From NCBI RefSeq assembly GCF_009914755.1, contig NC_060929.1: a stretch of 64,000 nucleotides of DNA; one strand, 5' to 3'. Under the pieces are notes generated by a model. It had not been told where the DNA came from. It saw nothing but the letters and a program-made list of their open reading frames with translations, and did no database searches. Shown piece after piece: positions 1-13,619 of the stretch; the first letter of the stretch is position 1, and each line of letters opens with the position of its first letter. Source of the stretch: the human T2T-CHM13v2.0 reference genome, Homo sapiens. Made by a program: the position numbers and the translations under genes.

Positions 1-29
1 CAACCTAATGGAAACCATTTTTAAGACAA

Positions 30-300
30 TCTTACTGGCTGAATAATATTCTCTCAATATAATCTCAATAGTGTATTTTATGTTTTTTGTCCTTGTATAT
101 ATCCCTTACTGAGTTTTTTACTCATTTTTAAATAATTTACATCTCTTTATAGATTAAAAATTAATCACTTGACATCTTCAAAAATATTTCCCAGATTATT
201 ATTTGTCTTTTAAATCATTTAAGATTTGTTGATACTTTGAAGTTTTTTATATGTGTGTTAACAAATATATTGATCTTTAATTTTTTTATTTTTGCAGTTG
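30..300 (-). mobile_element. Highly degraded ancient L1M (L1ME-like) fragment
   Basis: T-rich sequence resembling the reverse complement of an L1M ORF2 3' region; no clear ends. Confidence 0.35.
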
Positions 301-477
301 CTCATTCTATTTTTCCTACTTTTGGTTTTTAAGTAGGAATTGTGTTTTAAGCTTGTAAGTTTTTCCCTAGGCAGGTGAGTTTTTGCTGGGCTTTTTCTAA
401 ATTATGTCTTTTCTGAGATTTGATGGAGACAGTGTTGACTTGAAGTAAAGGGTTAGTGAATAGTAATCTTATTATGG

Positions 478-630
478 CAGTTGCTCTCAAAGTTTGGTAT
501 CCACAAGAATCATCTAGGATATTTGTCATAAGATTTTAATTTGAAGGGCTAGTGTGAGACCTAGGAATTTGCATTTTTAACAAGCACTAGGAGTGATTAT
601 GCTGAGATAGTCTATGGACCACACTGGAAT
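478..630. mobile_element. MER5-family hAT-Charlie MITE
   Basis: CAGTTGCTCTCAAAG start, AGAATCATCT, GGAATTTGCATTTTTAACAAGC core and CCACACTGG end, typical of MER5. Confidence 0.65.
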
Positions 631-666
631 TATGTGTTCCATATTTTAAAATTAGATGAGCGATTT

Positions 667-1810
667 CAACACATGGTGCTGGAACACTTGGATATCCATA
701 TGCAAAAAAATAAAATGAATTTCAATCCATATCTTGCACCATATACAAAAATTAACTCAAAATGGATCATATAAAAAATTAAAAATAAATGGATCATAGA
801 CCCAAATGTAAAACCTAAAACTATAAAACTTCTAGAAGAAACCATAGAAGAAAATCTTTGTGACTTTGGGTTATGCAAAGATTTCTTAGCTACAACACCA
901 AAAGCACAATCCATAAAATTAAAAAATCGATAAATTGGATTTAATTAAAAGCAAAAATTTCTGCTGTTTGAAAGATATTTTTAAGAGAAGAGATTGAAAA
1001 GACAAGCCATAGACTAGGAGAAAGTATTTTCAAAGCACATAAAAGGTAACATATTTGTATGCAGAATACATCATTTTTTAAAAGCTCTTAAAACATAATG
1101 ATAAAAAAATTAAATGATGAGCAAAATATCTGAACAGACATTTCACCACAGATGTATATGAGTGGCAAGTAATTGTATGAAAAAATGCTCAACATTGTTA
1201 GTCATTAGGGAAAGACAAATTAAAACCAATGAGATGCCACCACTTACCTACAGAGTAAAAGGAAAGACCATACCAAGAATCAGTGAGCATATGGAGAAAC
1301 TGGAACTCTCATACACCACTGGTAAGGATGTAAAATGATGCAACCACTTTGGAAAATAGTTTGGCAGTTTCTTAAAAAGTTAAACTGGCCAAGAAAAATG
1401 AAAGCATATGTCTGTATGAAGACTTGTACCTAATTGCTCATAGTAGCTTTATTTATAATATCCAAAAGCTGGGAACAACCTAAGTGTCTATTAACAAGTG
1501 AATGAATAAATGCATTGTTATATATGCATACAATGGGAAGCTATTCATCAGTAAAAAGGAATGAAGAATTGATACATGCAACGTGGACGAATCTCAAAAT
1601 AATTATGCTGAGTGAAATAAGGCAAACCAAAAAAGTGCATACTGTATGATTCCATTTACATAAAATTCTTTAAAATGCAAAGGAATCTATAGTGACAAAA
1701 AGCAGATCTGTGGTTGCATGGGGATGGGGAAAGAAGTGGGAGGGAGGCACTACAAAAGTATCTTGATTATGTTGATGGTTTCATGGGTATATAGATACAT
1801 CAAAAATAAT
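667..1810 (+). mobile_element. Old L1M (L1ME-like) 3' fragment: ORF2 end and 3'UTR
   Basis: TGGTGCTGGAACACTTGGATATCCATATGC, AAAATTAACTCAAAATGGATCAT, GAACAGACATTTCACC, ATTATGCTGAGTGAAA, TACTGTATGATTCCATTTA motifs. Confidence 0.85.
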
Positions 1811-2059
1811 AAATAAAACATAAATTTGACTAGAGATTCTAGAAGTCTGTGGTCTAACCTGATTTCCTCTCCCTCCTACACCTTACTGGGATAACTCAAC
1901 CCCTCATTGATTAACTGTTGGATCTCAAAGCAAAAGCTTATAGATGGATTTCCAAAACTTTGCAAAAATGAGATACAATAAAAATTGTTTTGTTTTGTTT
2001 TGATTGGGGGTGAGCCCATGGAAAATCAGTCTGCCTAAAAGAAGCTACATCTGTCATAC

Positions 2060-2235
2060 ATTGGGTGCTCCAGGGAGAAGATTCTGAGACGGAGTTTCCT
2101 GTGCAGGATGTTTATTAGGGAGTGCTCTTGGGATCAACCCTTATAGAAGAAAGAAAGCAGTATTTGGTAGAGAGAGAAATAAAGCTGTGATACAGACGTG
2201 GAAGCTTCAGCCAGCCCCATGGGACTCTCTGGGAT
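2060..2235 (-). mobile_element. ERVL LTR16-like fragment
   Basis: ATTCTGAGACGGAG...GTGCAGGATGTTTATTAGGGAGTGCTCTTGGGATCAAC matches an LTR16 3' end in antisense. Confidence 0.65.
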
Positions 2236-2299
2236 GAGAAAGGCAGTGATATTTAGAATTAAACCAAATAAATGATAATCATGTGACTACTATTTATGA

Positions 2300-2790
2300 C
2301 ATGCATACTAGGTGGCAATTAGTTCAGGTGAGGCTTGATTCAATGTTCAAAGGATGTCGTAAAGGGTGCAGCTTCTTGCTGTCTCACTGTCCCACTTTCC
2401 ATATGTTCAACTTCAAGCTTAGGCTCCACTCAGTGGTCCCCTCCATTCCAAACTTATGTGATAGAAAATGAAGACTGTGATTACATACATCACATCCTCC
2501 CACCAACAACTCCAGTGGAAAAAAAGAGATCAAATGTCTAGTAGTTCCTGTGAAAAACAAAACACTTAGCTTTAAAAAAAAATCATCTAGAAAAATCATC
2601 TTTGCCTCTCTTCTATCAGGCTATGTGCCCATACCTGAACCAATTCTCCTTGCCAGGAGACTGGACTAGGCTTATTGGCACAGACTTGTAACTCAGGTGG
2701 AATCAGCTCTTCCACAATGGAGGAGGGATTGTTTTATTTTCATAGGGAACTTTTGGGTACTTGTATTAAGAAGTAGAGGTAATAGAGGCT
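2300..2790 (-). mobile_element. Degraded MaLR LTR (MLT1J/K-like)
   Basis: TTCAGGTGAGGCTTGATTCAATGTTCAAAGGATGTC and ATGTGCCCATACCTGAACCAAT motifs. Confidence 0.5.
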
Positions 2791-5104
2791 GAGCCGCAAA
2801 CTAGACTAGTGATCCAGTCAAACTACAGTGATTTAAAGCAAAGGCACTGCAATGAGGGCATTTCAGGGACTGAGATAATAAAAAGGGCCCTTTTTGGAGC
2901 ACAGGGGTTATCTGATGGCCACTCAAATATTATCACAAATGGACAGCTGACCCTGCTTACTCATACACAGTCTGTTTTTATTTTCCCGATGAGTAAACAT
3001 ACCCTCTTCTTTTCGAATTAAAAACTGCAAGAAATGTCAAAAATGAAAAAACACTTTAAAATTAAACTCTATTAAAGAAATGCTAGTTCCAAAAAGACAT
3101 AATTGGGCTCTCTAAAACCTGGCAGCTCCCAAACGCCAACAAGTTTTTCTCTTCGCAAGTCTGTTCTCAGCCATTCCAAGAAAGGAACAGAGAAGAACAG
3201 AGCTATATCATTTTGATGACAACCCACTTCTAATCCACAGGATCATATGCCTTTGCACCCTGCTCAAAGGAAACTTGGCCTAGAAAAGAATTAGTTTCAT
3301 AACAAACCAGCCATTCTGAGAATAGAGGTGAGAAGAGATCGGGTGGAAGAATCTGAGACAGTGTTGAGGAGCTGGCGAGTTTTAATTGCCAGTTCATATG
3401 CAGCTTCATGATTGTGCACAATGACCGGAGGAACTTGGCTTCCAGTTTCTCAAACTCTTAAGTCAGGAGTAAAAAATAACAAAATCTGGAAGGTGTTTCA
3501 TCCTGCTAAAAATAGGGGGAAAAAGGAATGTTTTGAGTCACTGAGACAAATACAATTATTTCAAGGCAAATAGATTACTAGGAAAGGTCAGCATCTGCAG
3601 CGTCATCTCCATTATCCTCATCCAGCGTTTATTAAGTGCATGGTTTGCAAGACATGCCAAAGTTCCTATCTTACAAAGATTATACGCCAGTACTCAGGTG
3701 CGTGGTTATATGGACAAATGAAGTTTAGGGAGATTTAAGCCCAAGGAAGGCTATAAAATTGGGAAGTCGCTATGCAGCAAAAACAGCACAAAACAAATTG
3801 CATATGAATAAAAGATCTAACTAAGGTACGATCTAAATAATATGTGTGTAACATCTGATTAGAAGAATATTTAAAGATTACGGTTTAGGAAATAATAGAA
3901 TTTAAGCCCAATGCCAAAAACCTTTAGGAGAAGAAACATGTTAAATGGCTAGAGAGATCATCCAGAGGCTTCTCTTTCCCATGAATGTATTTGAATAGCA
4001 CTATTATTTAAGCCTCTTCTTTATTTCTCCTTCCCTGCCTACTTTCTCTTAGTACTTCCCATTTCAAGCAAGCTTTACACCCAAGAAGTTACTGCTGTTA
4101 ATGAAGCAAATGGCAGTCATGAAACTCAAGCTAGAAACAATAAAAAAAAAAACTGTTTAAACTAAGTTCTAATAAAGGGTCTTACAGATTAAAACCAGGT
4201 AGGTGGAATGTGCATAATGCTTGCTTTTTTTGTGGTGCTTTGAGGAAATAAGCAAAAAGACATGAAAAATTAGTTGCATTCAACCAACCCTTTCCCCTCA
4301 TCACCCTGTCACCCAACAGGCCACTAAATACACTAGAGAATGATTCTGGGAAACAGAAGACATGCTCCTTTGGTTTTCTTGATTTTTTCTCATTTCTGTG
4401 AATTTAATTTTCTGTGTGAGCATGTGTCTGAGCTGGGGCAGACAGATTGGTGCAGGGTTTCTTAAAAACAATTTTTTGCTCCATCAGACACAATATATTC
4501 TGCTGAAAGAGAAGAAAGCACTATACCCCAGGGACAAAAAGTTTCCCTAAAAGTTTGTTCCCTCAAAACTTTGCAATGGAAGGCAGCATCCCTCTTGGGT
4601 GATTTAATTTAATTGTTATGTTTTTTAACTTTGTTCTGGGGAAAATTAAGCAACCATCAGCTGCACTTCATAGACAAATACCACTTTTTGGTAGATAGAA
4701 CACAAAACTAGGAATCGGAAAACCCAAAAAAGAAACCTGGCACAGCGCTGGGTGATATCATCTCCACACGCCTAAATTTCCTGTTTGCAAAATGAGATAG
4801 AGCTTCCCACTCGTCATTTCTTTCTTGGAGATGCTGTGAGGATTAATAGTCTTCACTCTGATTTTTTCTTCCAAGAAGAAGCAGAGACTTTTAATGGTGC
4901 AAAAGGCGCATCTTGATAAGTGTGGAGAGGGCAACACAGATTCTGTACTCGATTTGATGGTTAAAGGTAAGACATGTTCTGGGTGCGTGAAGGAGCTTGT
5001 AACTCAAAGAAGCATCAGACACAAATAGATAATTGAACATGGAACATGTTAAGATACATGTGGGATCAGATCATACTAAGTCTTAAGAGGTACAGGGTCC
5101 TGGA

Positions 5105-5320
5105 GGTTAAATGCACAAACTCCAAATCGCGGTTCTGGAAGCAGACTTCTAGCTGAGTGACTTTGGACAAATTACTTAACTTCCCAGTGCCCTAGTTTCC
5201 TTATCTGTAAGAAGGAGATTAAAAAATAGTACCTCCTTCATAGGGATAATCTACACACATGTGAAGTATTCAGAACAGTCAATGCCTGGCATATAATAAG
5301 TGGTATTGTTTTTATTATTA
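5105..5320 (+). mobile_element. MIR SINE
   Basis: Core TAGCTGAGTGACTTTGGACAAATTACTTAACTTCCCAGTGCCCTAGTTTCCTTATCTGTAA; tail ATGCCTGGCATATAATAAG. Confidence 0.8.
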
Positions 5321-5628
5321 GACTGGGTAAGCTCATCCAGACATGGAAAGGTGGGAGGAGCTCTCCAGGCAGAGGGAGCAGCATGAACTGCAGAGGATAG
5401 AAACTGTACAAGTGTTTTTTTTTTTTGCCTTTGATTATAAGAAATGTCCTATTCTTAAAGCATAAAGGACCAGGTAGATGATGCCAATATGAAAAGTTCA
5501 TGGAGACCTTTGTTATGAACTTGGATTTTATTTTATAGGCAATGAAGTGTCACTTAATAGTGCAGATGAGGAGGTAACATGGTCAGATTTGTGACATGGT
5601 GAATAATTAAAAGAAGATGATGACAGCA

Positions 5629-6119
5629 TGTGGTGGATTATTTGCAAAATGGCCACAATTACTCCCTCCCTGTATCCACATCTCTTTATAATATGCTTTT
5701 GGGAGTTTTCCTATCAAGAGGTGGAAAATACTTCCCTACTTATTTAAAATAGGCTGACTTTGGATTTGTGTTGTCTACTAAAGTGCAACAAAGTTATATT
5801 GTGCCATTTCCAAGCCAAAAAGTCAAGGGACCCTATGTTCTTCCATTTACTGTCATGGAACCCTGCCTCCACTAAGTGAACAAGCCCATGTTCACCTGCT
5901 GGAGGATAAGGCAGGGCCAAGCTCTTGAGCCAAAACCACCCCAGACCAGCCAACTTCCAGCCGACCTAATAATTGGCTAGAAAGCCAGCCAAAACCAACC
6001 ACCCAGTTGAACCCAGCCTAAATTGCCAACCCACAGAATCATGGGCTACATAAACAGTTGCTATTTTAAGCCATTAAGTTTTTGAAGAAGATTATTATGC
6101 CACAATACATACATACACA
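5629..6119 (+). mobile_element. MaLR solo LTR (MLT1F/G/H-like)
   Basis: TGTGGTGGATTATTTGCAAAATGGCCACAA start; CCCAGCCTAAATTGCCAACCCACAGAATCATG; TTTTAAGCCATTAAGTTT near the end. Confidence 0.8.
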
Positions 6120-6261
6120 CCGTATAAAATTTTTAAGTAGCTGAATTTAAATAGTTGGTCTACAATAGTTAATATATACATGAATATGCCAATGAAGGTA
6201 TAAATGACCATTGTAAAAATGACATGTCTTTGCAGGAAATATTACAGTTTACAGTGAGCTT

Positions 6262-6919
<658 letters not shown>

Positions 6920-7109
6920 ATTAAAACAACTCTTGAAGTAGTCTGAAACAGATATTGCTCTTCCATTCTATAGAGAAGTTTGTGTGATTCCCAATCACAC
7001 AATTGGGAAGTCAGACTTTAATATGGGACCACTGACGCCTGGTAGATTTTTTTAACCATATCATTCTGTTTCCCCAGGAAAATGAACAAAGATATCATTT
7101 GTTTTCTTT

Positions 7110-8060
7110 TTTTATTCAACAAATACTGGAGAGTTTTCTATGTTTCAGGTACTGTGACGAATACTTAAACTACAGGGGGAAACCAGCCAGACATAATCCC
7201 TGCCTCTGTGGAGTGTTAGTGAGGGACAGAGGTGGGTAAAAAGACAAGGACCAAACAATGCCATCAGTGTTGTACAGCAGAAGTACAGGGTGTTCTTAGA
7301 GCTTGCGGAATTAGGAAAAGCCTTCTACAAGATGCAACATCTAAACTGAAATCCAAAAAATGACTGGGAATTAGCAAGACAAAGAGGGGGAAGAAAGTAA
7401 TCCAAGTAAGAAGGACTAGCATTGCAAAGTCATGGCACATTCTTGAAACTGAAAGTAATCAACCACTCAAATTTATAAGCTGTTCATACATAGTATGAAT
7501 GGGGAGAGGAAAGCTGGAGGCAATAGGAGAAATTTAATTTTAAAGGATTCATGGGATTTGGCCAGTATCTTAAAGACCATTGGAAGCCATCGAAAAAATT
7601 TTAGGCAGGGTGCTGACACGGTTAGATTTGCTTTTCACAATGATAACTCTGGCTCGAATGTGGAGACAGAATTGAGGGAGGTAGGGGAATGAGTAGAGAC
7701 CAGTTGACAATTTATGAAGGTGTGGCTGTAATTCAGGTAAGGAATGATGATGTCCTGAAACAGGGTAGGTGGCAATGAAGATGAAGAAAATTAAATAGAA
7801 TTAAGTGTTTAGGAGACAGACACAAAGGCTTTGGTGTTTAATTAGATATTGACTAGAGAGAGGGTAACCCCAGATTGCTCCCTTGGGCAAGTGAGTGAAT
7901 GGGAGTGCTATTCATTGAGATGGGGGCCACTGGAAAGAAACAGTGTGGGAAAAGTAAATATTAACTCCAATTTTAGGCCTTTCAATTATGATCTTCCTAT
8001 GGGATGTCCCAAAGGAGATGTCCAGTAGGCAGTTGAGGAAACATGAATGTAAAGAAGAGT
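7110..8060 (-). mobile_element. L2 LINE 3' fragment
   Basis: TTTATTCAACAAATA start (antisense L2 end), CATAATCCCTGCCTCTGTGGAG, TGGAAGCCATCGAAAAAATTTTAGGCAGGG, GGAGATGTCCAGTAGGCAGTTG. Confidence 0.75.
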
Positions 8061-10920
8061 GGATTTAGTCTCTGTAGCCTCTGAAAGGATTGTGGATGCT
8101 TTGGCATAACTAGATTCAGCTGCAGCTTAGACGGGCCTTTCAGTAGTAATGGTATGGGGTGATGTGTTGTGTGCCTCTTCTCTTGGTCCACATGGGTAAG
8201 CAATGTGATGAGCAACTTCTAGAGGGTTTAATCCTCATGATGATCAGAGATGGGTATCAGCAGTAGGTGACAGCAAGCTAGCCATCTAATTTGGCAAAGG
8301 TATGGATGGGAGTTGATGGTGTGCAGAGAACAGAAGTTTCATGCCCTGGCGCCCAAAGAAAGGCAATCTTATTATGTTGCCCTTGCTTCTTTCTATTACA
8401 TAGATTGGGATAATCAACAATTTATACTAACTCATTTCATAATGAAAGCATCTCTGTGACGTCAGCAAAACGTACATTGCTATTCCTCATTCTATAGGTG
8501 AAGACACTAAAACTTAGTAACTTGCCAGCTCTCATAATTAGTAAGTGGCAGAGTTGGGATACTAGAATTCCAGGTTCCCTTTTCTAAATCTATCACTTTC
8601 TTCACCAAAAAGGGAGTCTATTGAGAAAGACTCAACAGCACATAACATATTGAAGAGAATTAGAAAGAAGGATTAAGATAACTTTATGATTTCTGGTCTG
8701 GGAAACTGGAATACTTATAATATCTCCAGCCAAAATTGAAAACTTGAGGATAGAAAAGAGCTTGGGCAAGAATATGACTTCAGTTTTGGAATGAAATTGC
8801 TGAGCAAAAAGTGACCAGGCAAAGTCTCTAACCAGGACAGCTCTTGTCTCTCTGTAGCTGTAAATCAAGGCCCATCCTTTGGATCAGCAGTATGGAAGCT
8901 GGAACTTTTCAGAAAATAGCCTCTTCAATCCATCTCACATCCACCCAGTCTCTTTGTAAAGAAGGTAATTAAAACAAACCATAGTTCGTGGCAATTTTCA
9001 GATTAATAAAATTAAGAAAATAAAATAAGGATATTACTGAAGAGTTAACTCAGCCTCAGAAGACAGCTCCTAAGCATGGCTTAGAATACTTTTAATTGTA
9101 GTTCCAGGTTACCCACAAGGAAAAGGGCCATATTTCTACGCCCTTACCTAGAAGAAGCATATGTGTCTTAACTGATAAATGTGTTTAGATGAAAGGAGCC
9201 AAAAAGGTTGTTATTTATTAGAAAATACCATAACTAGAGCATCTCAGGCTATATTTTTTCTTACTACCTTTCTGACATTTGCTTTGAAGGTCGTGGAGAT
9301 GACCGAGTGCAAAGAGGTTCACAGTATTTGGGGTTATTTATGCAACTTCTTGTGGATGTACAATTTAAGCTTGGCCAGTCTGATCACTCTGGAATGAGCC
9401 CTGGCCAAGTGGTAGGGATTAATCTGCCAGGAGACAGTCTTCCATAAATTATTTGGTTGGATTTTTTTTTTCATTTTCCTGGTTTAAAACATTTTCCTCC
9501 AATAAATAATCGAGTTGTACACTGGAAAACGAAAATGACTGACCTCCTCAGAAAGTAAAAGAAAGTCTGAAAATGGAAACTGGAGAGTTTTCCCTTCTAT
9601 TGTCTACCCAGTGAGAAAATGTACTTGCTTATTTGAAATACCAGCAAATGGGCTCCCACGTAATGAAATATTTATTGAAATTGCTTCTTTGGCCCTCTAC
9701 AGTCACTGATAGGGTTTAACGAGAGTCAGGTAAGGAAGTCAGAGTGAAGGTACGTCTATTTATTTATTTATGGTTCAGGCCGTTTCAACCATAAGGTTTA
9801 CATTGGGAAATCATACAGGCAGGGCCATACATGACTGACAATAATAGTTACTTCCCATTTTCATTGAATTGTTTGCCACAGCTCAGAAAAATCAATCTTG
9901 AGAGATTTCTATATTTACTTGGGTCAGTATTTAAGCTTTTTCTCTGTTGTTAAAATATATTTATGTTAGTTTTAATTAAAGTTCACAATGTTGAGTACTT
10001 ATTCAATTTTTTTTTTCAGAATTCTATCACTAGCTTAATTCCCTTTTTTGTTATCTACTTTCTGTTTGTTTATCTGTTTGTGTGTTTGTTTCTCTAGCCT
10101 TTCTATACTCTGAAAATCAGTTTTAGTTCACCAACCCAAGCTAAGGGCATTTTCCATTCCTTCTTGCTTTGATCAAGATATATCTACCCAAATTAAAACC
10201 ATGTCTGTACAAACTATAACAATGACCCTGTGAAAGCAATTATTTCAAAACAATTCTTAAAATAAAACATCTGTATGAGCTATGCTCAGAAAAAATGAGA
10301 AGTGTCTAGCATTCCAAAATCTCATATATGCCAAATAAAGACATCCTAGGGAGAAAAGGATCATCTCTGCTCTTCAGAGAACACTGGGTGATACTGAGGC
10401 TCTGTGAATTTTCATGAGGTTCATCATGATTTATTGAGAAAGCTTGAGAAAGTCACTAACTGGGGGTTGCAAGAAATAATCTCCAGCATTACTTAAAAAG
10501 CATTCCAACATGTTTACTTTTGCTATTTCTGGCTTTTAGAAAGCTAATAAATTAAGAGAAACATAGAACTTTACAGCTGAAAGCAGTCTTAGAGACCATC
10601 TAATCAAAGCTTCTCAATTTATGAATAAGGAAACCAGGATCCAAAAACATCAAGTAGATTGAACAAAAGCACATATATAGTCGGCAGCAGACCAAGAACT
10701 AGAATCCAAATATCTTAACTCTTACTTCAGTGTTTTCTCAGCAATGCTGAATAATTACACTATAATCATTATCGTCACACACACACACTCACACACTCAC
10801 TCAAGCTAGAGAAACCAACTATATACATGAGTCTAATAAAAATGTTCCAAGATGGCCCATAATTTGAGCCAGCTGCTAACTTCTGACACCCATATGTGTT
10901 TCAAACCATGTAATGATGCC

Positions 10921-11318
10921 ATGGTGTGTTGCCCAGATCTGCCCTCCAGGACTAGACCCTCATCCCCCAGCTGCTGGAAGTGTTGGCAGTCACCACTCTC
11001 AACAGTTTCTCCTCGGGACTTGCTTCGGCTGAAGAGAGCCACAGGTTGAAGCCCTGCATTGAGCGACTGGTCAATACTGGGGTGTAAAACCCTGGTTCCC
11101 CTACCTTAGTTTGAGAGTTATCCCAGCTCCAGAACTCCTCATGTGGTCATCATAGGCTTGCATTGCCACTGCATTGTAGTTGGCCTTCCCCTTCTACCCA
11201 ATTCTGTTGCCTTCATTCTCTCAGAGGCATTGATCCTGAGAGCTCTACCCACAAAGATGCCGCCTGCCTGCAAACCTTCCTCTCACAGTCCACCTCCCAG
11301 AGAACCTGACCAGAGACA
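10921..11318 (+). mobile_element. ERVL solo LTR (LTR16C-like)
   Basis: TGCCCAGATCTGCCCTCCAGGAC, CCCAGCTCCAGAACTCC, TTGATCCTGAGAGC, and CCAGAGAACCTGACCAGAGACA end. Confidence 0.75.
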
Positions 11319-11321
11319 TAC

Positions 11322-11550
11322 AGTGTCATGTGTAAGAGAGGGGCTCTAGAATCCAACTGCCTGGGTGTTAATCCTGGCCTTGCCACTTTCAAGCTGTGTT
11401 CCCTTGGTCAAACTACTGTCTCTAAATCTTCTTTTGATCAGTTTTTATAAAAAATAAGAATAATATTAGAGCCTAACAGATAGGGTGGGTATGTATTATA
11501 TGAGATAATCCATGTAGAAGTCATAGCATAGTACTTGGCACAGACTAATT
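11322..11550 (+). mobile_element. MIR SINE
   Basis: GGCTCTAGAATCCAACTGCCTGGGTGTTAATCCTGGC...AGCTGTGTTCCCTTGGTCAA; TGAGATAATCCATGTAGAAG. Confidence 0.75.
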
Positions 11551-11554
11551 GGCA

Positions 11555-12050
11555 GTATCAGTCAGGATGCTAAAGGAAACAGATGGCACATTCAAAATAA
11601 AGGACTATTTACAGGGGTGTGGGCAAAGCTAAAGCAACCAATAGGGAATGGCGAGGCATCCAGGGACTAGGAGCAGTGGGAAGGCAGTATCAGCCCTAGG
11701 TCTGACAGGGCAAGTAGTCAAAACAATGTTACAGAGCCAGGAGAGAGCTGGAACTGGGAAAGAGGCACCCCTGACAGATTCAAAGCAGCAGAGGAACTCA
11801 TCCCTGCCAGACCACGACAAGGGAGGGAGAGAGCAGAAATAAATACAACGGATTCTCTCGCCTCCCACCCCCTGCTTTCCTGCTGGTCAACCAAATACAG
11901 CCAGAACACAAAAAGGAAAAGATGCCAGGAGAATCAACATGTAGACAGCAGCACTCTCACCACCCCATCGCCACACACTCCCCAAAGAACAGGACAGGGC
12001 AAAGAAGGGCAGAGAAGAGATCTAGAGGGAAAACTCAGAACAGCCAGCAT
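11555..12050 (-). mobile_element. Ancient ERVL-class solo LTR (LTR41/LTR33 group)
   Basis: GTATCAGTCAGGAT...GGAAACAGATGGCACATTCAAA, GGACTATTTTACAGGGGTGTGGGCA, GAGATCTAGAGGGAAAAC. Confidence 0.65.
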
Positions 12051-13131
12051 AGTGGCCCTCAAAGGTTAGCTATTAGCCCAATTTCTATTATTCCTGCATA
12101 CCCTGTATTCAGACTCTTGCTGTTTATAAAAATGCAAACTAATCCAAATCTTGATTAAAAGATAGAATTGGAATTTTCTTAAAAATAAGTCCAACAAATT
12201 CATTAACATAATTATCTGGCATATACTAGGTGTTCACTAAATGTTCTTTGATCAATAGACTAATTGGTTTCATATAAATGAAATAAAACTTTCTTCAATA
12301 GAAAAAGTCAAAAGAAAACCCTTTGGGAAATGAACTGACTTTAACATTCTCAAGATAATTTCAAGTTACTAAAAAATTTTAGAATTGTCAGGAGTTATAT
12401 TCGCTGAGTTTCTTAAAATAACATTATCAAATAAATGCAACTTGGGATTGTTATTTCTCAGCAGGATAATAAAAGGTTGCACGAATAAAATTTTACTTAC
12501 AAAAAAAGAAGAAAATAATCACCCCCAAAGTGATTTTATTAAAGGCAAATATAAAATATATAATTTCTTTAAATATAAATGTATATACATATTAATTCTT
12601 TTTATGAGAAAGTTCTTTTTTCACCTGGATGGAGATCTTCAAAGGATCTTTTTAGGAACAGAGAGAAGAATTGTCCTTTCTCCTGAATGGGAAGAACAGT
12701 AAGGCCTGGAGGCCACACAACCCTGGAGTTCACACTCCAGATCCACAGGTACTGCCTATGTAACTTTGGATATGCTTCCTGCCTGTTTGAGTCTCAACCT
12801 TTTTCTCTGTAAGCCAGCGTAGGGAAAGGAATTTCTATCTCAAAGGGTTACAAGGACAAAAATGATATAACTTAGTTCATAGCAAGCACACAGAATTGAT
12901 GGTGTTAGTTCCCTATCCCACTACATATATGCTTAGGTAAACACACAGAGTTGCCAGAGACCTGCCTGTCCTCCATCAAGGAAGCTTGGATGTCACCAGT
13001 CAAGAGTGACTTGTCACACTTTCCCAGGGACACAAAAAAGTTCCAGAGATCCCTGAAGAGCCCAATCTCCTGATTCCAGACTCTGAACACCTTCCAAGGT
13101 GTGGAACCTAGGCCTTCTTTAAGATGTGTAA

Positions 13132-13281
13132 CCAGAAGTTCTCATCTTGGGGTCTGTGACGTCTTTGAATCTCTTTGTAAAAAGGATGAAAAAAAATGTT
13201 GTCTTGTTCAGTGGAGATGGTCCACAGATTATATGAGATCCTCAAAGAATGTGTGATCCAAAGAAAGATTAAGAAGCCCTC
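13132..13281 (+). mobile_element. MER103C-like hAT MITE
   Basis: CAGAAGTTCTCATCTTGGGGTC start; GGTCCACAGATTATATGAGATCCTCAAAG; AAGATTAAGAAGCCCTC end. Confidence 0.6.
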
Positions 13282-13619
13282 TTCAGTAATAATACCTCAG
13301 CACCCGCCCTAACCACATCCCAGCAGCTAGCCTCTCCTCATCTGGTCATGGAGGGAGCTAGAGGCCCTCCATTAACCTACGCTCCACATTTTCTTCAGGA
13401 AGGTAAAGAACGGAGTTTTTAATCTGTGAATATTGTGGCTTTACCTCCTGAAGCTTGACTGTCAATTTACATAATTCAGTTTCCAGCATATCTAGTCCGT
13501 TCTCCCAATCCAATATCCTTTTTTATTATTATTTTTAGATTTTGCTGAGGCAAATCTTTTGATTGCCTCGAGGTTTGCCTATAAGCTTTATACAGTGGAC
13601 ATTTTAAAACATAAGTTAA